The notes below the pieces were generated by a model, which saw only the letters and a list, made by a program, of their open reading frames with translations, did not search any database and was not told the origin of the DNA. The position numbers were made by a program, and so were the translations under genes. Of a DNA stretch of 64,000 nt, positions 27,822 through 38,612 are shown in pieces (position 1 is the stretch's first letter; the number at the start of each line of letters is the position of its first letter). The stretch spans positions 7,220 to 71,219 of the forward strand of contig PGYV01000009.1 of the NCBI GenBank assembly GCA_002839855.1, in the 5' to 3' direction. This DNA comes from Candidatus Goldiibacteriota bacterium HGW-Goldbacteria-1 (GTDB taxonomy: Bacteria > Oederibacteriota > PGYV01).

Positions 27822-28877
27822 ATGAAAAAAACACTTAAAAACGCAGAGTATTTGGACCCTTATATTATTGCCGAAATCGGCGTTAATCACGGCGGCAGTA
27901 TGGATCTGGCTAAAAAAATAATACAACTGGCTGCCGCAGCAGGGGCTGATGCCGCAAAATTTCAAACTTACAAAGCCGATAAACTGGCATCAAAAGGACA
28001 TTCTCCTTATTATTGGGATATTAACGAAGAACCTGCTGAAAATCAGCACTCTCTTTTTTCAATGTATGACAAATTTGGAGAAACTGAATACAAAGAACTT
28101 AAAAAATGCTGTGATGAAAATAATATTGATTTTTTGTCCACCCCGTTTGACCTGGAATCAGCAGATATGATTGACCCGCTTGTGCCGTTTCACAAAATCG
28201 CATCGGCAGACATTACCAATATCCCATTATTGCGTAAAATAGCGTCAAAGAAAAAAACAATACTTCTTTCCACGGGAGCATCCACAAACAAAGAAATAAC
28301 AAACGCGATAAATACCTTATACAACCCGGACTTATCTGAAATATATCTGCTACACTGCGTTCTTAATTACCCCACCCCCAAAGAACACGCGCAATTGGCC
28401 CTTTTGACAAATCTTAAAGCGGATTTTAAAAACGTTTCGGGATTCGGCTATTCCGATCACGTTGCCCCAAACACAGACGGAACAATGCCGGCGCTTGAAA
28501 TGGCGGCGATTCAGGGCGCGGTTATTATAGAAAAACATTTTACCCATGACAAAAAACTTAAAGGCAACGATCATTATCACGCAATGGATGAAAAAGACCT
28601 GAAAGCTTTCAGGATAAAACTTTCAGAATATAAAGAAATTTACGGCAGCGGAAAAAGAAATCTTGAATGGGAAAAAAAAGCCGTAACAAATGCAAGAAGG
28701 CGCATTGTCGCATCCAAAAACATTAAAACCGGCGATGAAATCAATGAAGGCAACATTATTGCATTAAGGGCAAATACAGGAATAGAAGTATCTTTCTGGG
28801 ATAATATTATCGGAAAAAAAGCGGCAGCGGACATTCCTTCAGGAAAGCCGCTTGAAAACAATGATATTTCTGAATAA
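27822..28877 (+). CDS. neuB: N-acetylneuraminate/nonulosonate synthase (NeuB family)
   Basis: IIAEIGVNHGG, KFQ, KIASAD, GYSDH, IEKHFT, C-terminal SAF domain. Confidence 0.92.
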   Translation: MKKTLKNAEYLDPYIIAEIGVNHGGSMDLAKKIIQLAAAAGADAAKFQTYKADKLASKGHSPYYWDINEEPAENQHSLFSMYDKFGETEYKELKKCCDENNIDFLSTPFDLESADMIDPLVPFHKIASADITNIPLLRKIASKKKTILLSTGASTNKEITNAINTLYNPDLSEIYLLHCVLNYPTPKEHAQLALLTNLKADFKNVSGFGYSDHVAPNTDGTMPALEMAAIQGAVIIEKHFTHDKKLKGNDHYHAMDEKDLKAFRIKLSEYKEIYGSGKRNLEWEKKAVTNARRRIVASKNIKTGDEINEGNIIALRANTGIEVSFWDNIIGKKAAADIPSGKPLENNDISE

Positions 28878-28898
28878 TTTTTTATCCCCGGTGCCTCT

Positions 28899-29900
28899 AT
28901 GATAATAACCATAACAGGCGCTTTTAGAAACGCGGGAGACCACCTGATTGTTGACCGCGCATTAACGCTTCTGCGGAAATATTCTGACAAAGACATAATA
29001 AACATTAACAGAAAACATATTAAAGAAACTGATTACCGGCTTTTTAATAAAGCAAAAGCCGTTATCCTGTGCGGCGGGCCCGCATATCAGGAAAATATTT
29101 ACCCTGAAATATATAACCTTGATTTAAACAGAATAAACGCCCCCGTCATTCCGCTTGGGCTTGGTTATAAACAAGCATCGGAAAAATTCAGTTTTTCAGA
29201 AAAAAGCCTTGATTTTATAAGGACTATACATAAAAAAATTAAAAATTCAAGCGCCAGGGATATAATGACAAAAGAAGTTTTAAAAAAGATTAAAATCAAC
29301 AACGTTATAATGACGGGATGCCCGGCTTGGTATAATATGGATAAGTTAAATAAAAATTTTACCTTTAAAAAAGAATCGCAGATTAATAAAGTTGCTTTTT
29401 CAGTACCCGCAAAAGTAACAGCGGATACAATTAAAATAATGAAGTATATATCAGAAAGATTTTCCGAAAAAAAACTTATATGCACTTTTCATCACGGTTT
29501 TTTCACCAGATTTGACAGGGACGGCATTAAAACCATGATTGGCTTTTTAAAATGCGCGTCTTACGCAAAAAAATACGGCTTTAAAACAGAAGATATGAAT
29601 TCAAGTTCTTCAAAATTTAAAATCTATGACGATGTGGACCTTCACATAGGTTACAGGGTTCATGCCCATATATTCTTCCTTTCAGAAAGAAAAGCCACAC
29701 TTCTTATTTCAGAAGACAGCAGGGCCAAAGGGCAGTCAGCCACCCTTGGCACCCCGGATATATGCGGAATTGATACGGTATCCGCCCTAAAAAAAGAAAT
29801 TGACGCCCACTTTCATACAAAAGGAACGGCAATTAAACGCGCCGTAAATAAAATGAAAAAAACATTTCCTGTCATGAAAAATTTTTTAAAGGGCATATAA
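28899..29900 (+). CDS. polysaccharide pyruvyl transferase family protein
   Basis: NAGDHLI, CGGP, SARD, GYRVHAHI. Confidence 0.82.
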   Translation: MIITITGAFRNAGDHLIVDRALTLLRKYSDKDIININRKHIKETDYRLFNKAKAVILCGGPAYQENIYPEIYNLDLNRINAPVIPLGLGYKQASEKFSFSEKSLDFIRTIHKKIKNSSARDIMTKEVLKKIKINNVIMTGCPAWYNMDKLNKNFTFKKESQINKVAFSVPAKVTADTIKIMKYISERFSEKKLICTFHHGFFTRFDRDGIKTMIGFLKCASYAKKYGFKTEDMNSSSSKFKIYDDVDLHIGYRVHAHIFFLSERKATLLISEDSRAKGQSATLGTPDICGIDTVSALKKEIDAHFHTKGTAIKRAVNKMKKTFPVMKNFLKGI

Positions 29901-31172
29901 TTGAAAAAAAATTCTTTATTAAACCATTTTACTTTTCATTTTGGAATATACTTTACTTCAACCATTATTTCAAAGATAATACCTTTTTTACTGCTTCCGG
30001 TAATTACAAAAATTCTTATACCGGCAGAATACGGAAAATGGTCGGTTTTTTCTTCAATACTGGTTTTTACCGTCCCCTTTGCCGGCTTAATGATGAGATA
30101 TCATATAGCAAGGTCATATTACAAATTATCCAGAGAAAAAATGGGGGAATTACTTTCTAATGTCATTTTTATAACCCTGATAAGCAGCATTTCCATTTTT
30201 CTTCTTTCTTTAATATTTTCATTGTTTTATAAAAACTTTTTTCTGGACTACCGTATATACCTGATTCCTTTATTGGCCTTTTTAACATGCATTTCCGAAT
30301 ATTTTACCACTATATTAAGATATGAAAAGAAACCCCTTCTTTACGCTGTTTTTGAATTAAGCGGCACCCTGATTCTTTGGACAATCGCGGTCGCGCTGAT
30401 TATATCGGATATTATGAAATGGGAAGGCATGCTTGCCGGTTCTGTCTTATCCGCCTTTTTAATAACCGTATTTTCGCTTATATATTTCAGAAAAAATGGT
30501 TTTCTTATTTTTAAATTTTCCAAAGAAGCGGTAAAATCAGCTGTAAAAATAGGAATACCTCTGCTTCCTCACGCGGCTGCCGCTTCAATAATCGCGATGA
30601 GCGACCGCCTTATTCTTGTAAAAATGACCACCACGGAAATAGTGGGTATATATTCCGTTGGATATGCCCTTGGAATGACTGTTAATATTTTTATTGAAGC
30701 CTTTAACAAAAATTGGGGCCCCTGGATATATGAAAAGCTTACGGAAATATCCGAAGAAATAAAAATTCTTATAGTAAAAAATACATACATTTTTATTGCG
30801 GTATTAACGGCCGCTTTTATCGCGGTCTGTGCCGGAGGCAGCCTTTATATTAATTTCTTCATAGATCCAAAATACCATTCAGCGGTGCCTGTCCTTTATT
30901 GGGCCGCTTTAGCGGCGTTTTTTAGAGGGCTTTACATAGCAATCTTTCCATATATGACTTATCTTGGAATAACTTACATCTATTCCGTAATTTCGGTAAT
31001 ATCAGGTGTTTTCAATGTAATACTTACCATTATCCTGGTTAAGTATTACGGAATGATAGGCGCCGCACAGGCGACAGCGGCGGCATTTTTTCTTATGTTT
31101 ATTTTGCTCTTTATATTCAGTAATTCCAGATTTCCGATGCCGTGGCTTTTCTTTTTAAAAAGGGTTAAATAA
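29901..31172 (+). CDS. Wzx-type oligosaccharide flippase
   Basis: PAEYG, DRLIL...VGIYS, GMIGAA; about 12 TM. Confidence 0.88.
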   Translation: MKKNSLLNHFTFHFGIYFTSTIISKIIPFLLLPVITKILIPAEYGKWSVFSSILVFTVPFAGLMMRYHIARSYYKLSREKMGELLSNVIFITLISSISIFLLSLIFSLFYKNFFLDYRIYLIPLLAFLTCISEYFTTILRYEKKPLLYAVFELSGTLILWTIAVALIISDIMKWEGMLAGSVLSAFLITVFSLIYFRKNGFLIFKFSKEAVKSAVKIGIPLLPHAAAASIIAMSDRLILVKMTTTEIVGIYSVGYALGMTVNIFIEAFNKNWGPWIYEKLTEISEEIKILIVKNTYIFIAVLTAAFIAVCAGGSLYINFFIDPKYHSAVPVLYWAALAAFFRGLYIAIFPYMTYLGITYIYSVISVISGVFNVILTIILVKYYGMIGAAQATAAAFFLMFILLFIFSNSRFPMPWLFFLKRVK

Positions 31173-32534
31173 ATGGGAAAAAACCATTCCGTTAATGATG
31201 TATGCGGTTTTTTCTGGAACATAGAAAAAAAATATAACCTTTTAAACCGCAGCATTAACGGAATTTATATCTGGCAGGCTTTAAGAATAGACGTATATTA
31301 TAAATTAACCGCCAAAATAGGCCTTTTTACCCCTCCTGCTCCCCCTCGCAAGAAAACAATTATGGGAAGGGCTTTAAAATTATTGACAGAATTTTATTAT
31401 TTTGTATTTAATAACCCTTTCTTAAAAACAAAAAACACAGACACTGCTGTCCTTCTTCATCCAAGAAAAATATCCCGGCAGGACATATATTCTTCTTCAC
31501 TTCTAAAAGAATTTAAGAGAATTAACAAGGACATTTACATATTTGATGTTATGGGTTCTCCTGAAAATGATTACGTTACATTTGATCCATATAAAAAAGC
31601 CGCGCATATATGGGCGGTTATCAATAAAAAATATATTTCGCTTTCCCCTGCCGATTTGGAAGTAATTAAAAACATAGAACAGGAAATATATTCCGAATAC
31701 GCTGTCCGCCTTGACCTTTTACCGCTTATTAAATACAACATAATCAACTTTAAATTTCTTCTCGCCGTATATCGTAAATTTCTCAGGCAAAAAAAAGTTA
31801 AAAAACTTTATGTGGTCGTGGGGTATGTTAATACCCCTCTGATAGCCGCGGCTAAAAGCGTTAATACAGAAGTCATAGAACTTCAGCACGGTATAATTAC
31901 AAAATATCACCTTGGTTACAGTTATCCTGACAAAGGAAATATACACTACATGCCGGACAAGCTTTTGTGTTTTGGAAAATACTGGTATGAATCAACACCC
32001 CTTCCTTCAAATACAAAAACAGCGGTTTTAGGCGCCCCTTTTATCCTTGAACCGGGTAAAAAATACAGCGCACAAAAAGAAAAAAACTCCGTCCTTTTTG
32101 TTTCTCAGGGCGTTATTGGAGAAAAACTTTTCAATTTTGCCCTTCAAACCGCGAAAATACTGCCTTCTTATAACATCAAATTTAACCCGCATCCAAGTGA
32201 AAATTACAATGATTATGAAAAACTTTTTTCAGAAAATACTTTAAAGAATTTTTCATTAACAGAAAAAAAATACAACATATTTGAACTTCTGGCAATGTCA
32301 GAATATCAGGCGGGGGTCTTCTCAACCACCCTTTTTGAAGGAATGGTGCTTAATACAAAAATTATACTTATTGACATGGCAGGATCCGAATATATGGCGC
32401 CGGTTATTGAAAAAAAAGACGCCATTCTTGTAAAAACACCGGAAGAACTGGCTTTAAAAATAAACACAGCCGGATTAGCGGCAAATATTTCAGATTATTA
32501 CGCGCAGCCGGCCGATAAAATCACGGATTTATAA
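31173..32534 (+). CDS. GT-B fold putative nonulosonate/sialyl transferase
   Basis: ELQHG, HPSE, STTLFEG; located in the neuB operon. Confidence 0.6.
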   Translation: MGKNHSVNDVCGFFWNIEKKYNLLNRSINGIYIWQALRIDVYYKLTAKIGLFTPPAPPRKKTIMGRALKLLTEFYYFVFNNPFLKTKNTDTAVLLHPRKISRQDIYSSSLLKEFKRINKDIYIFDVMGSPENDYVTFDPYKKAAHIWAVINKKYISLSPADLEVIKNIEQEIYSEYAVRLDLLPLIKYNIINFKFLLAVYRKFLRQKKVKKLYVVVGYVNTPLIAAAKSVNTEVIELQHGIITKYHLGYSYPDKGNIHYMPDKLLCFGKYWYESTPLPSNTKTAVLGAPFILEPGKKYSAQKEKNSVLFVSQGVIGEKLFNFALQTAKILPSYNIKFNPHPSENYNDYEKLFSENTLKNFSLTEKKYNIFELLAMSEYQAGVFSTTLFEGMVLNTKIILIDMAGSEYMAPVIEKKDAILVKTPEELALKINTAGLAANISDYYAQPADKITDL

Positions 32535-34166
32535 TTCAACTTTTATTATATTGGATATTTTTCTGACTATTTCCCTGTTTGTCCGGCCTTTGACCGTTGT
32601 TTTGGCGTAAAAATGAAGTTTTTTCCTTAATTCATAGTTTTGTATCAGTTTATTTATCTCTTCAGATAATTTCTTATCGCTGATATCCGCGCCTAACCCC
32701 AGATTTATTACCCCGCATTCTTTTTTTGCGTGCGTGTGCGTGGTTTCCTTTTTATTCTGACACATACATAACACGGGAGTTCCCAGCGTCATAAGTTCCG
32801 TTATTGTCCTTCCGGCGCTTGAAAGCGCAATATCCGCTTCTTTCATTATTTTTGGCATATATTTTACATTGGTAAGCACTTCGCCTTTTAAACCGTATTC
32901 ATTTAAATCTATCTTTCTGTTTTTTCTGCCAAGTCCCTGTACTGCCCTGACAAACCCCTTATATTTAATTGCTTTAAGCGCGTTTAAGGCTTTTATTGTA
33001 AGATTTGAAGGATCTGTCCCTCCAAAAAGCAGCAGAATATTATCAACAGATTTATTTATTTTCTTATCCGGATTAACCCAAGTAAATGAGGGGTGTAAAA
33101 AAGCATTTTGGACTCCTGTCAGTTGTTTGGCGTCTTCCACTTCCGGGTTTTTATACAGGTCGCTTATAAGAAGATCCGCAATTTTAGCCCCGGGCCCCAT
33201 ATCCTCCAGTGTTATAACAACCGCACCCGTGGACTTCAACCGCTTTACATAATCATACCGTGTATCAAGCTGATCAAGAATAATTATGTCCGGCTTCATT
33301 CTTTGGGAAAGTTTTACAAATTCAGAATCACTTTTTACGCCTATAAAATTATGGGGCATATCCTTAAAAAAAGAGCTGCTTAATTTTTTATTTCCATAAA
33401 TATTTGAAACAATATACGTTTCATGTTCTGAAAGTTCATAAGCAATTGCGGAACTTCTGTACAGATGGCCCATGCCAATTTTCAGGCTTGAATCCGCTTT
33501 TATAAGTATTCTTTTCCTTTTTACTATATACTCTGCCGCGTACCAGTCTATATAATCATCGATATCCATGCCTTCAACTTTATCAACCGAAATAACAGCA
33601 ACCGGTTTTATTATTCTTGTTTTATGTTTTTGAATATCTTTTACCCTGGCTCCTATAATTGCGCCTGATTCAATGTAATTGGCAGGCAGTTCCTGCCTGT
33701 TTACCCTTTTTTTATACGCCGGAATCAGCTCCCCTTTGCTGTTCATTTTCCATGACAAAAACCTGTCATCCACAGCTGTCAAAATTGAACCATTATTTTT
33801 TATAAGCTTTTTTGCTTTAATTATGGTTTCGGTCTTTAAAAAAGGGCAGGTTGCCTGGACAGTAAAAAAATAATCATCCCCTTTTGCCCCTAATTTATAA
33901 AGTTCACTGAGTGTATTATAAGCCACATTATCAAGGGTTGCCTTGCCTGTTGTTTTTTCTTCCATTACAATATTAACTTCATAACCGCGGGCAATTTCAC
34001 TCAGTTCTGCATCATCAGTAACAACAACAACCTGTTTTTTATTTTCAACTTTCAAAATAGTTTCCAGAACATACGCCAAAAGGGGTTTGCCTCCAAGATT
34101 CCTGGCATTCTTTCTTAAAACATCTTTAGAACCGCCTCTGACGGGTATCATGTACCATGTTTTCAT
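32529..34166 (-). CDS. CMP-nonulosonate cytidylyltransferase (NeuA) fused to a PseG/SpsG-like domain
   Basis: PVRGGSKDVLRKN and DIDD in the N-half; GMGHLYRS, FGGTD, SAGRTITE in the C-half. Confidence 0.85.
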   Translation of the reverse strand: MKTWYMIPVRGGSKDVLRKNARNLGGKPLLAYVLETILKVENKKQVVVVTDDAELSEIARGYEVNIVMEEKTTGKATLDNVAYNTLSELYKLGAKGDDYFFTVQATCPFLKTETIIKAKKLIKNNGSILTAVDDRFLSWKMNSKGELIPAYKKRVNRQELPANYIESGAIIGARVKDIQKHKTRIIKPVAVISVDKVEGMDIDDYIDWYAAEYIVKRKRILIKADSSLKIGMGHLYRSSAIAYELSEHETYIVSNIYGNKKLSSSFFKDMPHNFIGVKSDSEFVKLSQRMKPDIIILDQLDTRYDYVKRLKSTGAVVITLEDMGPGAKIADLLISDLYKNPEVEDAKQLTGVQNAFLHPSFTWVNPDKKINKSVDNILLLFGGTDPSNLTIKALNALKAIKYKGFVRAVQGLGRKNRKIDLNEYGLKGEVLTNVKYMPKIMKEADIALSSAGRTITELMTLGTPVLCMCQNKKETTHTHAKKECGVINLGLGADISDKKLSEEINKLIQNYELRKKLHFYAKTTVKGRTNREIVRKISNIIKVEL

Positions 34167-34259
34167 GCAGTCGCTCCATTTTACGGCTGTAATTATTTTT
34201 ATTGATAAAATAACCTTATCTGACAGATTATTACACATTTTAATATAAATCAAACAATA

Positions 34260-34294
34260 AAAAAAGGACGGCTTATAATAAGCCGTCCTTTTTT
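34260..34294 (-). terminator. intrinsic terminator
   Basis: AAAAAAGGACGGCTTAT-a-ATAAGCCGTCCTTTTTT. Confidence 0.85.
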
Positions 34295-34309
34295 ACTTAA
34301 TAACTGTAT

Positions 34310-35200
34310 TTACTTATTCTTTTTTGCCCAGTCAGCTTCCGCCTGAACAAGCATTTCCTTAATATCCCACAATTTCAAATGATTCGCGTATGACCTGGCT
34401 ATTTTTCCGTTACTGTCCTTATAAGTGGGATCAGCGCCCATATCAAGAATAGTTTTAACCACGTCTATTTTTTTTGACTGAACCGCATAAATAAGAACTG
34501 AATTACCCTGTTTATCTTTTGCATTTGGATTGGCGACTTTCACTTTTCTTTTTTTATCGCCTTCAATTATGGCATTCAAAACATCTATTTTGCCTTTCCA
34601 TGCAGCTGCTAAAAAAGCATCTATTCCCTGCGAATTTTTTATTGTCACGTCAGCACCGGCTTCAACAAGCATCAGGCCTATCTTGCCGTCTCCCTTTCCG
34701 GTTGCAAGCGCAGTAATTAAGGCTGTATTTCCCTGGTTCTTTTCTTTTGCATTTAAATCAGCACCTGCTTCTATTAATAGAGGGAAAACATTCTTGTGTT
34801 TTTTAAACGCGGCATAAAGAAGAGGCGTTATTCCTTCTTTATCAACTATATTAACTTCTGCTCCGTTGGCTATAAGGCTTTTAACAATGTCAGCATTGCC
34901 GTCGGCTACGGCATAATAAAGCGCGCTTCTTCCGTCTTTATCCAGAACATTTATATCCCCTTTATAAGCAACAAGCGCTTTAAGAATTGCATTTACAATT
35001 TTTACCTGGCCTTTTGATGTAGCATACATAAGGGCTGTCCTTCCGCCGTCATCAACAGCATCCCTGTACTCTTTATCCTTCATTAAATCCATTACATTAC
35101 CTGTCTGCTCTGCCTGACTGAAAATCTTAATTAATTTATCATTTGCAATTAAAGATGAAGCAAAAACTAAAACAAACAAAACAAGAATGATTTTTTTCAT
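34310..35200 (-). CDS. secreted ankyrin repeat protein
   Basis: Signal peptide; repeated GxTAL/TPL...GAD motifs. Confidence 0.92.
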   Translation of the reverse strand: MKKIILVLFVLVFASSLIANDKLIKIFSQAEQTGNVMDLMKDKEYRDAVDDGGRTALMYATSKGQVKIVNAILKALVAYKGDINVLDKDGRSALYYAVADGNADIVKSLIANGAEVNIVDKEGITPLLYAAFKKHKNVFPLLIEAGADLNAKEKNQGNTALITALATGKGDGKIGLMLVEAGADVTIKNSQGIDAFLAAAWKGKIDVLNAIIEGDKKRKVKVANPNAKDKQGNSVLIYAVQSKKIDVVKTILDMGADPTYKDSNGKIARSYANHLKLWDIKEMLVQAEADWAKKNK

Positions 35201-35384
35201 TTAAACCTCCCATTTTTTTTTAAATTTTACCACTTCTATGGCTGTCTTTCAAGGAAAAATCACGGATATGTCAATGCTTTAAACCTGCAGGACTGTTCTG
35301 CGTCCAAAACTATATCAGTAAAAAGATAATACTTTTTCTTACTTTTCCGTTTATAGTGTCACGCAATCTGCCGTATTGAAAAAA

Positions 35385-36371
35385 TTATTTTTTTTGACTG
35401 TTAATTATGAAATTTTTATAGTACTCCATGGTCTCTTTCAGCCCCTGTTCAAGGGTATATTCGGTTTCAAAAGCAATTTTGTCCTTTGCCTTTTGATTAA
35501 GAGAACTTCTTCTCTCATAACCTTCCGGCCTTGAAGTATCATAAACAATCTTCACATTAAGCCCCGATATTTTAATTATTGTTTCTGCCACTTCTCTTAT
35601 TGTGTATTCCCTGTCATTGCCAAGGTTTACGGGGTCAGCTTCCGGATATTTTTCGGCAGCAAGCATCATGCCTTTAACAGCGTCTTTTACATATAAAAGA
35701 GCCCTTGTCTGATTGCCGCTTCCCCACACCTGTATTGTGCCGTCAGCCGCGCCGTACACTTTATTAATAAGCGCGGCAACAACATGCGAATGCTTTGGGT
35801 CAAATTTATCACGCGGCCCGTAGGCGTTATACGGCCTGACCACAGCCACATTTATTCCCTTATACTTTTTAAGGTACTTAGCGGAAAGTTCAAGCGCGCG
35901 TTTTGCCCAGCCATAGCCTTCGTTTGTTTCTTCCGGGTCAGAACGAAAACCTTCTGTTTCCGGCGTGGGGATTATGGCATCATGCGGATAAACGCAAGCG
36001 GAGCTTACAAAAAGCGCTTCTTTTATATTGTTTTCTATTATGGATTTTGTAACCGCGGACAGCATAAGCAGATTATCCGCGTAAACTTCAGCCATATATT
36101 TCATATTGTATTCAATTCCGCCTACCCTGGCCGCTAAGTGCATTACCATATCCTGCCCTTTAAAATTTTCAATAACCTGCTTATAGTCAAAAAGGTCTGT
36201 CTTTAAAAACCTGATTTTATTTTTATGCACGCTTTGCCCTATATGCCCTTCATTTATATCCGCTGATGTCACTATAGCGCCAGCTTCACACAAAGCTTCA
36301 CATAAATGTGACCCGATAAAACCCCCGCCGCCGGTGACTGTTACTTTTTTATCCTTCCAGAATGAAGACAT
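35385..36371 (-). CDS. GDP-L-fucose synthase / ColC-like epimerase-reductase
   Basis: GGGGFIG, SSACVYP, YGWAK, SHVVAALI. Confidence 0.8.
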   Translation of the reverse strand: MSSFWKDKKVTVTGGGGFIGSHLCEALCEAGAIVTSADINEGHIGQSVHKNKIRFLKTDLFDYKQVIENFKGQDMVMHLAARVGGIEYNMKYMAEVYADNLLMLSAVTKSIIENNIKEALFVSSACVYPHDAIIPTPETEGFRSDPEETNEGYGWAKRALELSAKYLKKYKGINVAVVRPYNAYGPRDKFDPKHSHVVAALINKVYGAADGTIQVWGSGNQTRALLYVKDAVKGMMLAAEKYPEADPVNLGNDREYTIREVAETIIKISGLNVKIVYDTSRPEGYERRSSLNQKAKDKIAFETEYTLEQGLKETMEYYKNFIINSQKK

Positions 36372-36382
36372 ATCTGCCCCCG

Positions 36383-37576
36383 TTATTTTAAAGCCGCGTC
36401 AAACGCCGCTTCTATTATTTTGATATCCTCTTTTTCTATATACTGGTGGCAGCCGATGTAAAAACCATTAGTCCCTATAAATTCGGCCTCCGGTAATTTT
36501 CCCGCATATTCGTCTTTCAGATAGGAATAAGCAGGCTGCTGTGTCGGGATGCACCCAAACAGCGGGCGGCTTTCCACATTATTTTTTGCAAGTTTTATAC
36601 GCAGGTCACGCCTGCTGATTTTGGCTGATTTTTTTATAACCAAAGGATAAGCCAGATAGCTTACATTTTCCATGTATTCCGGCAGCCTGAATATATCTTC
36701 ATATTTTTTAAGCGCTTTGTTTATCGCCGCAATATTCTGCCTGCGTTTTTCCATTATTTCATCAAAACGCTTTAACTGCAAAAGCCCCAGCGCGGCAGTA
36801 AATTCCATTGTTTTGAAATTATACCCGATCAGATTATGCGTGAACCTTGGGTCCATATCGCGTTCATCTTCCGGTTCGTGCGGGCATATGCCGTCATTCC
36901 TGGTACATACAAGGCAGTCGCAGACCCTGCCATTTGCCTTTATCTGCCTTACCAGGCGCGCAAGAGCCATATCATTGGTTGTCACCGCGCCCATCTCGCC
37001 CACCTGAATATTGTGGGCTATATAGAATGAATAATCCGCGAGAATGGAAAAGTTACCCACGTTTACGCCGTTTATCTTTGTACCGTGTGCCTGCGCCGCG
37101 TCTTCAAAAATAAGCAGGCCATATTTAGCCGCGACTTCATTTATTTTAATCATGTCGCATGGGTATCCCATAAGGTGCACCGGAAGTATAAGCGAACACT
37201 TGTCCGCGCCTTCACGTTTTATCGCTTCTTCTATCTGACCGGGCCCAATGTTAAGCGTGCCGGGTTCAATATCCGCAAAAACAGGCTTTAACCCGGCAAG
37301 CACAATAGCGCTTACCGTGGAGATATACGTGACGGGGGTTGTAATAACACTGCTGCCTTTTTTTATTTTACCCGAATAAATCAGGGCAAGCAGCCCGGCT
37401 ACAAGCGCCGATGTGCCTGACGATACCGCTATGCCGTGGCGTACGCCTATTTTTTCGGCGAATTCTCGTTCAAACTGTTTTACATTTTTGCCTTCGGAAA
37501 TATGCCCTGAATCCAGAACCGCGTTTATCGCGGCTTTTTCTTCCGGCCCTATTTTCATGTCTCCTACGTGTATCAT
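36383..37576 (-). CDS. DegT-family PLP enzyme, His-type 3-dehydratase (ColD/RfbH-like)
   Basis: EDAAQAHG; SFYIAHN with His at the Lys position; Cys cluster CDCLVC...C. Confidence 0.8.
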   Translation of the reverse strand: MIHVGDMKIGPEEKAAINAVLDSGHISEGKNVKQFEREFAEKIGVRHGIAVSSGTSALVAGLLALIYSGKIKKGSSVITTPVTYISTVSAIVLAGLKPVFADIEPGTLNIGPGQIEEAIKREGADKCSLILPVHLMGYPCDMIKINEVAAKYGLLIFEDAAQAHGTKINGVNVGNFSILADYSFYIAHNIQVGEMGAVTTNDMALARLVRQIKANGRVCDCLVCTRNDGICPHEPEDERDMDPRFTHNLIGYNFKTMEFTAALGLLQLKRFDEIMEKRRQNIAAINKALKKYEDIFRLPEYMENVSYLAYPLVIKKSAKISRRDLRIKLAKNNVESRPLFGCIPTQQPAYSYLKDEYAGKLPEAEFIGTNGFYIGCHQYIEKEDIKIIEAAFDAALK

Positions 37577-37589
37577 TATATGGCTCCTG

Positions 37590-38579
37590 TTATTTATTTA
37601 CACCGGCTTCCTTTAAATCGGCATCCACCATAATTTTCACAAGTTCCTTAAAATTTGTTTTTGGAACCCATCCAAGCTTTTCTTTAGCTTTTGTAGCATC
37701 GCCTATCAGAAGGTCCACTTCAGCCGGACGGAAATAACGCGGGTCTATTTCAACATATTTATTCCAGTCAAGCCCGGCATATGAAAAAGCTTCCTGCAAA
37801 AATTCTTTAACCGAATGGGTTTCCCCGGTTGCTATTACATAATCATCCGGTTTATCCTGCTGCAGCATAAGCCACATGGCTTCAACATAATCTTTCGCGT
37901 AACCCCAGTCCCTTTTGGCATCAAGGTTGCCTAAAAATAATTTATCCTGTTTTTTGGCTGCAATATTTGCCAGTGCCCTTGTTATTTTCTTGGTGACAAA
38001 GGTACCGCCCCTTCTGGGGCTTTCATGGTTGAACAATATTCCATTACACGCAAACATATTATAACTTTCCCTGTAATTTACCGCCATCCAGTAAGCGTAC
38101 AATTTTGCGGCGCCATACGGGCTGCGCGGATAAAAGGGCGTGGTCTCTTTCTGAGGAACCTCCTGGGCAAGGCCGTACAATTCGCTTGAAGACGCCTGAT
38201 AAAATTTTGTCTCTATCTGCGTTTCCCTTACGGCTTCAAGAAGCCTTGTGGTACCCATTCCTGTAATATCGCCTGTATAAACAGGAATATCAAAACTGAC
38301 CCTTACGTGGCTTTGCGCTCCCAGGTTATATATTTCATCCGGTTTTATTTTTTCAAGCAGGCGGGAAAGGTTTGTTCCATCAGCCAAATCACCGTAATAC
38401 ATAAAAAGTTTATTATTCATTATTTCTTTATTGTCCATAAGGTGGTCAATTCTTTCCGTGTTAAACGCGCTTGAACGCCTCATAATTCCATGAACTTCAT
38501 AACCCTTGGAAATAAGAAATTCCGTAAGATAAGAACCATCCTGCCCCGTAATGCCCGTAATAAAAGCTTTTTTATTCAT
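37590..38579 (-). CDS. gmd: GDP-mannose 4,6-dehydratase
   Basis: [28 protein letters not shown]. Confidence 0.97.
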   Translation of the reverse strand: MNKKAFITGITGQDGSYLTEFLISKGYEVHGIMRRSSAFNTERIDHLMDNKEIMNNKLFMYYGDLADGTNLSRLLEKIKPDEIYNLGAQSHVRVSFDIPVYTGDITGMGTTRLLEAVRETQIETKFYQASSSELYGLAQEVPQKETTPFYPRSPYGAAKLYAYWMAVNYRESYNMFACNGILFNHESPRRGGTFVTKKITRALANIAAKKQDKLFLGNLDAKRDWGYAKDYVEAMWLMLQQDKPDDYVIATGETHSVKEFLQEAFSYAGLDWNKYVEIDPRYFRPAEVDLLIGDATKAKEKLGWVPKTNFKELVKIMVDADLKEAGVNK

Positions 38580-38612
38580 TTTATCCCTCTCAGCTTTTTA
38601 TAATTTTATTAT

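Noticed and set aside
27707..32534. Phase-variable inversion of the neuB block
   Set aside because: No inverted repeats at the boundaries and no recombinase nearby.
35201..35384. Riboswitch or ncRNA upstream of the ankyrin gene (also 13420-13680)
   Set aside because: No recognisable aptamer consensus by eye; an Rfam cmscan would be needed.
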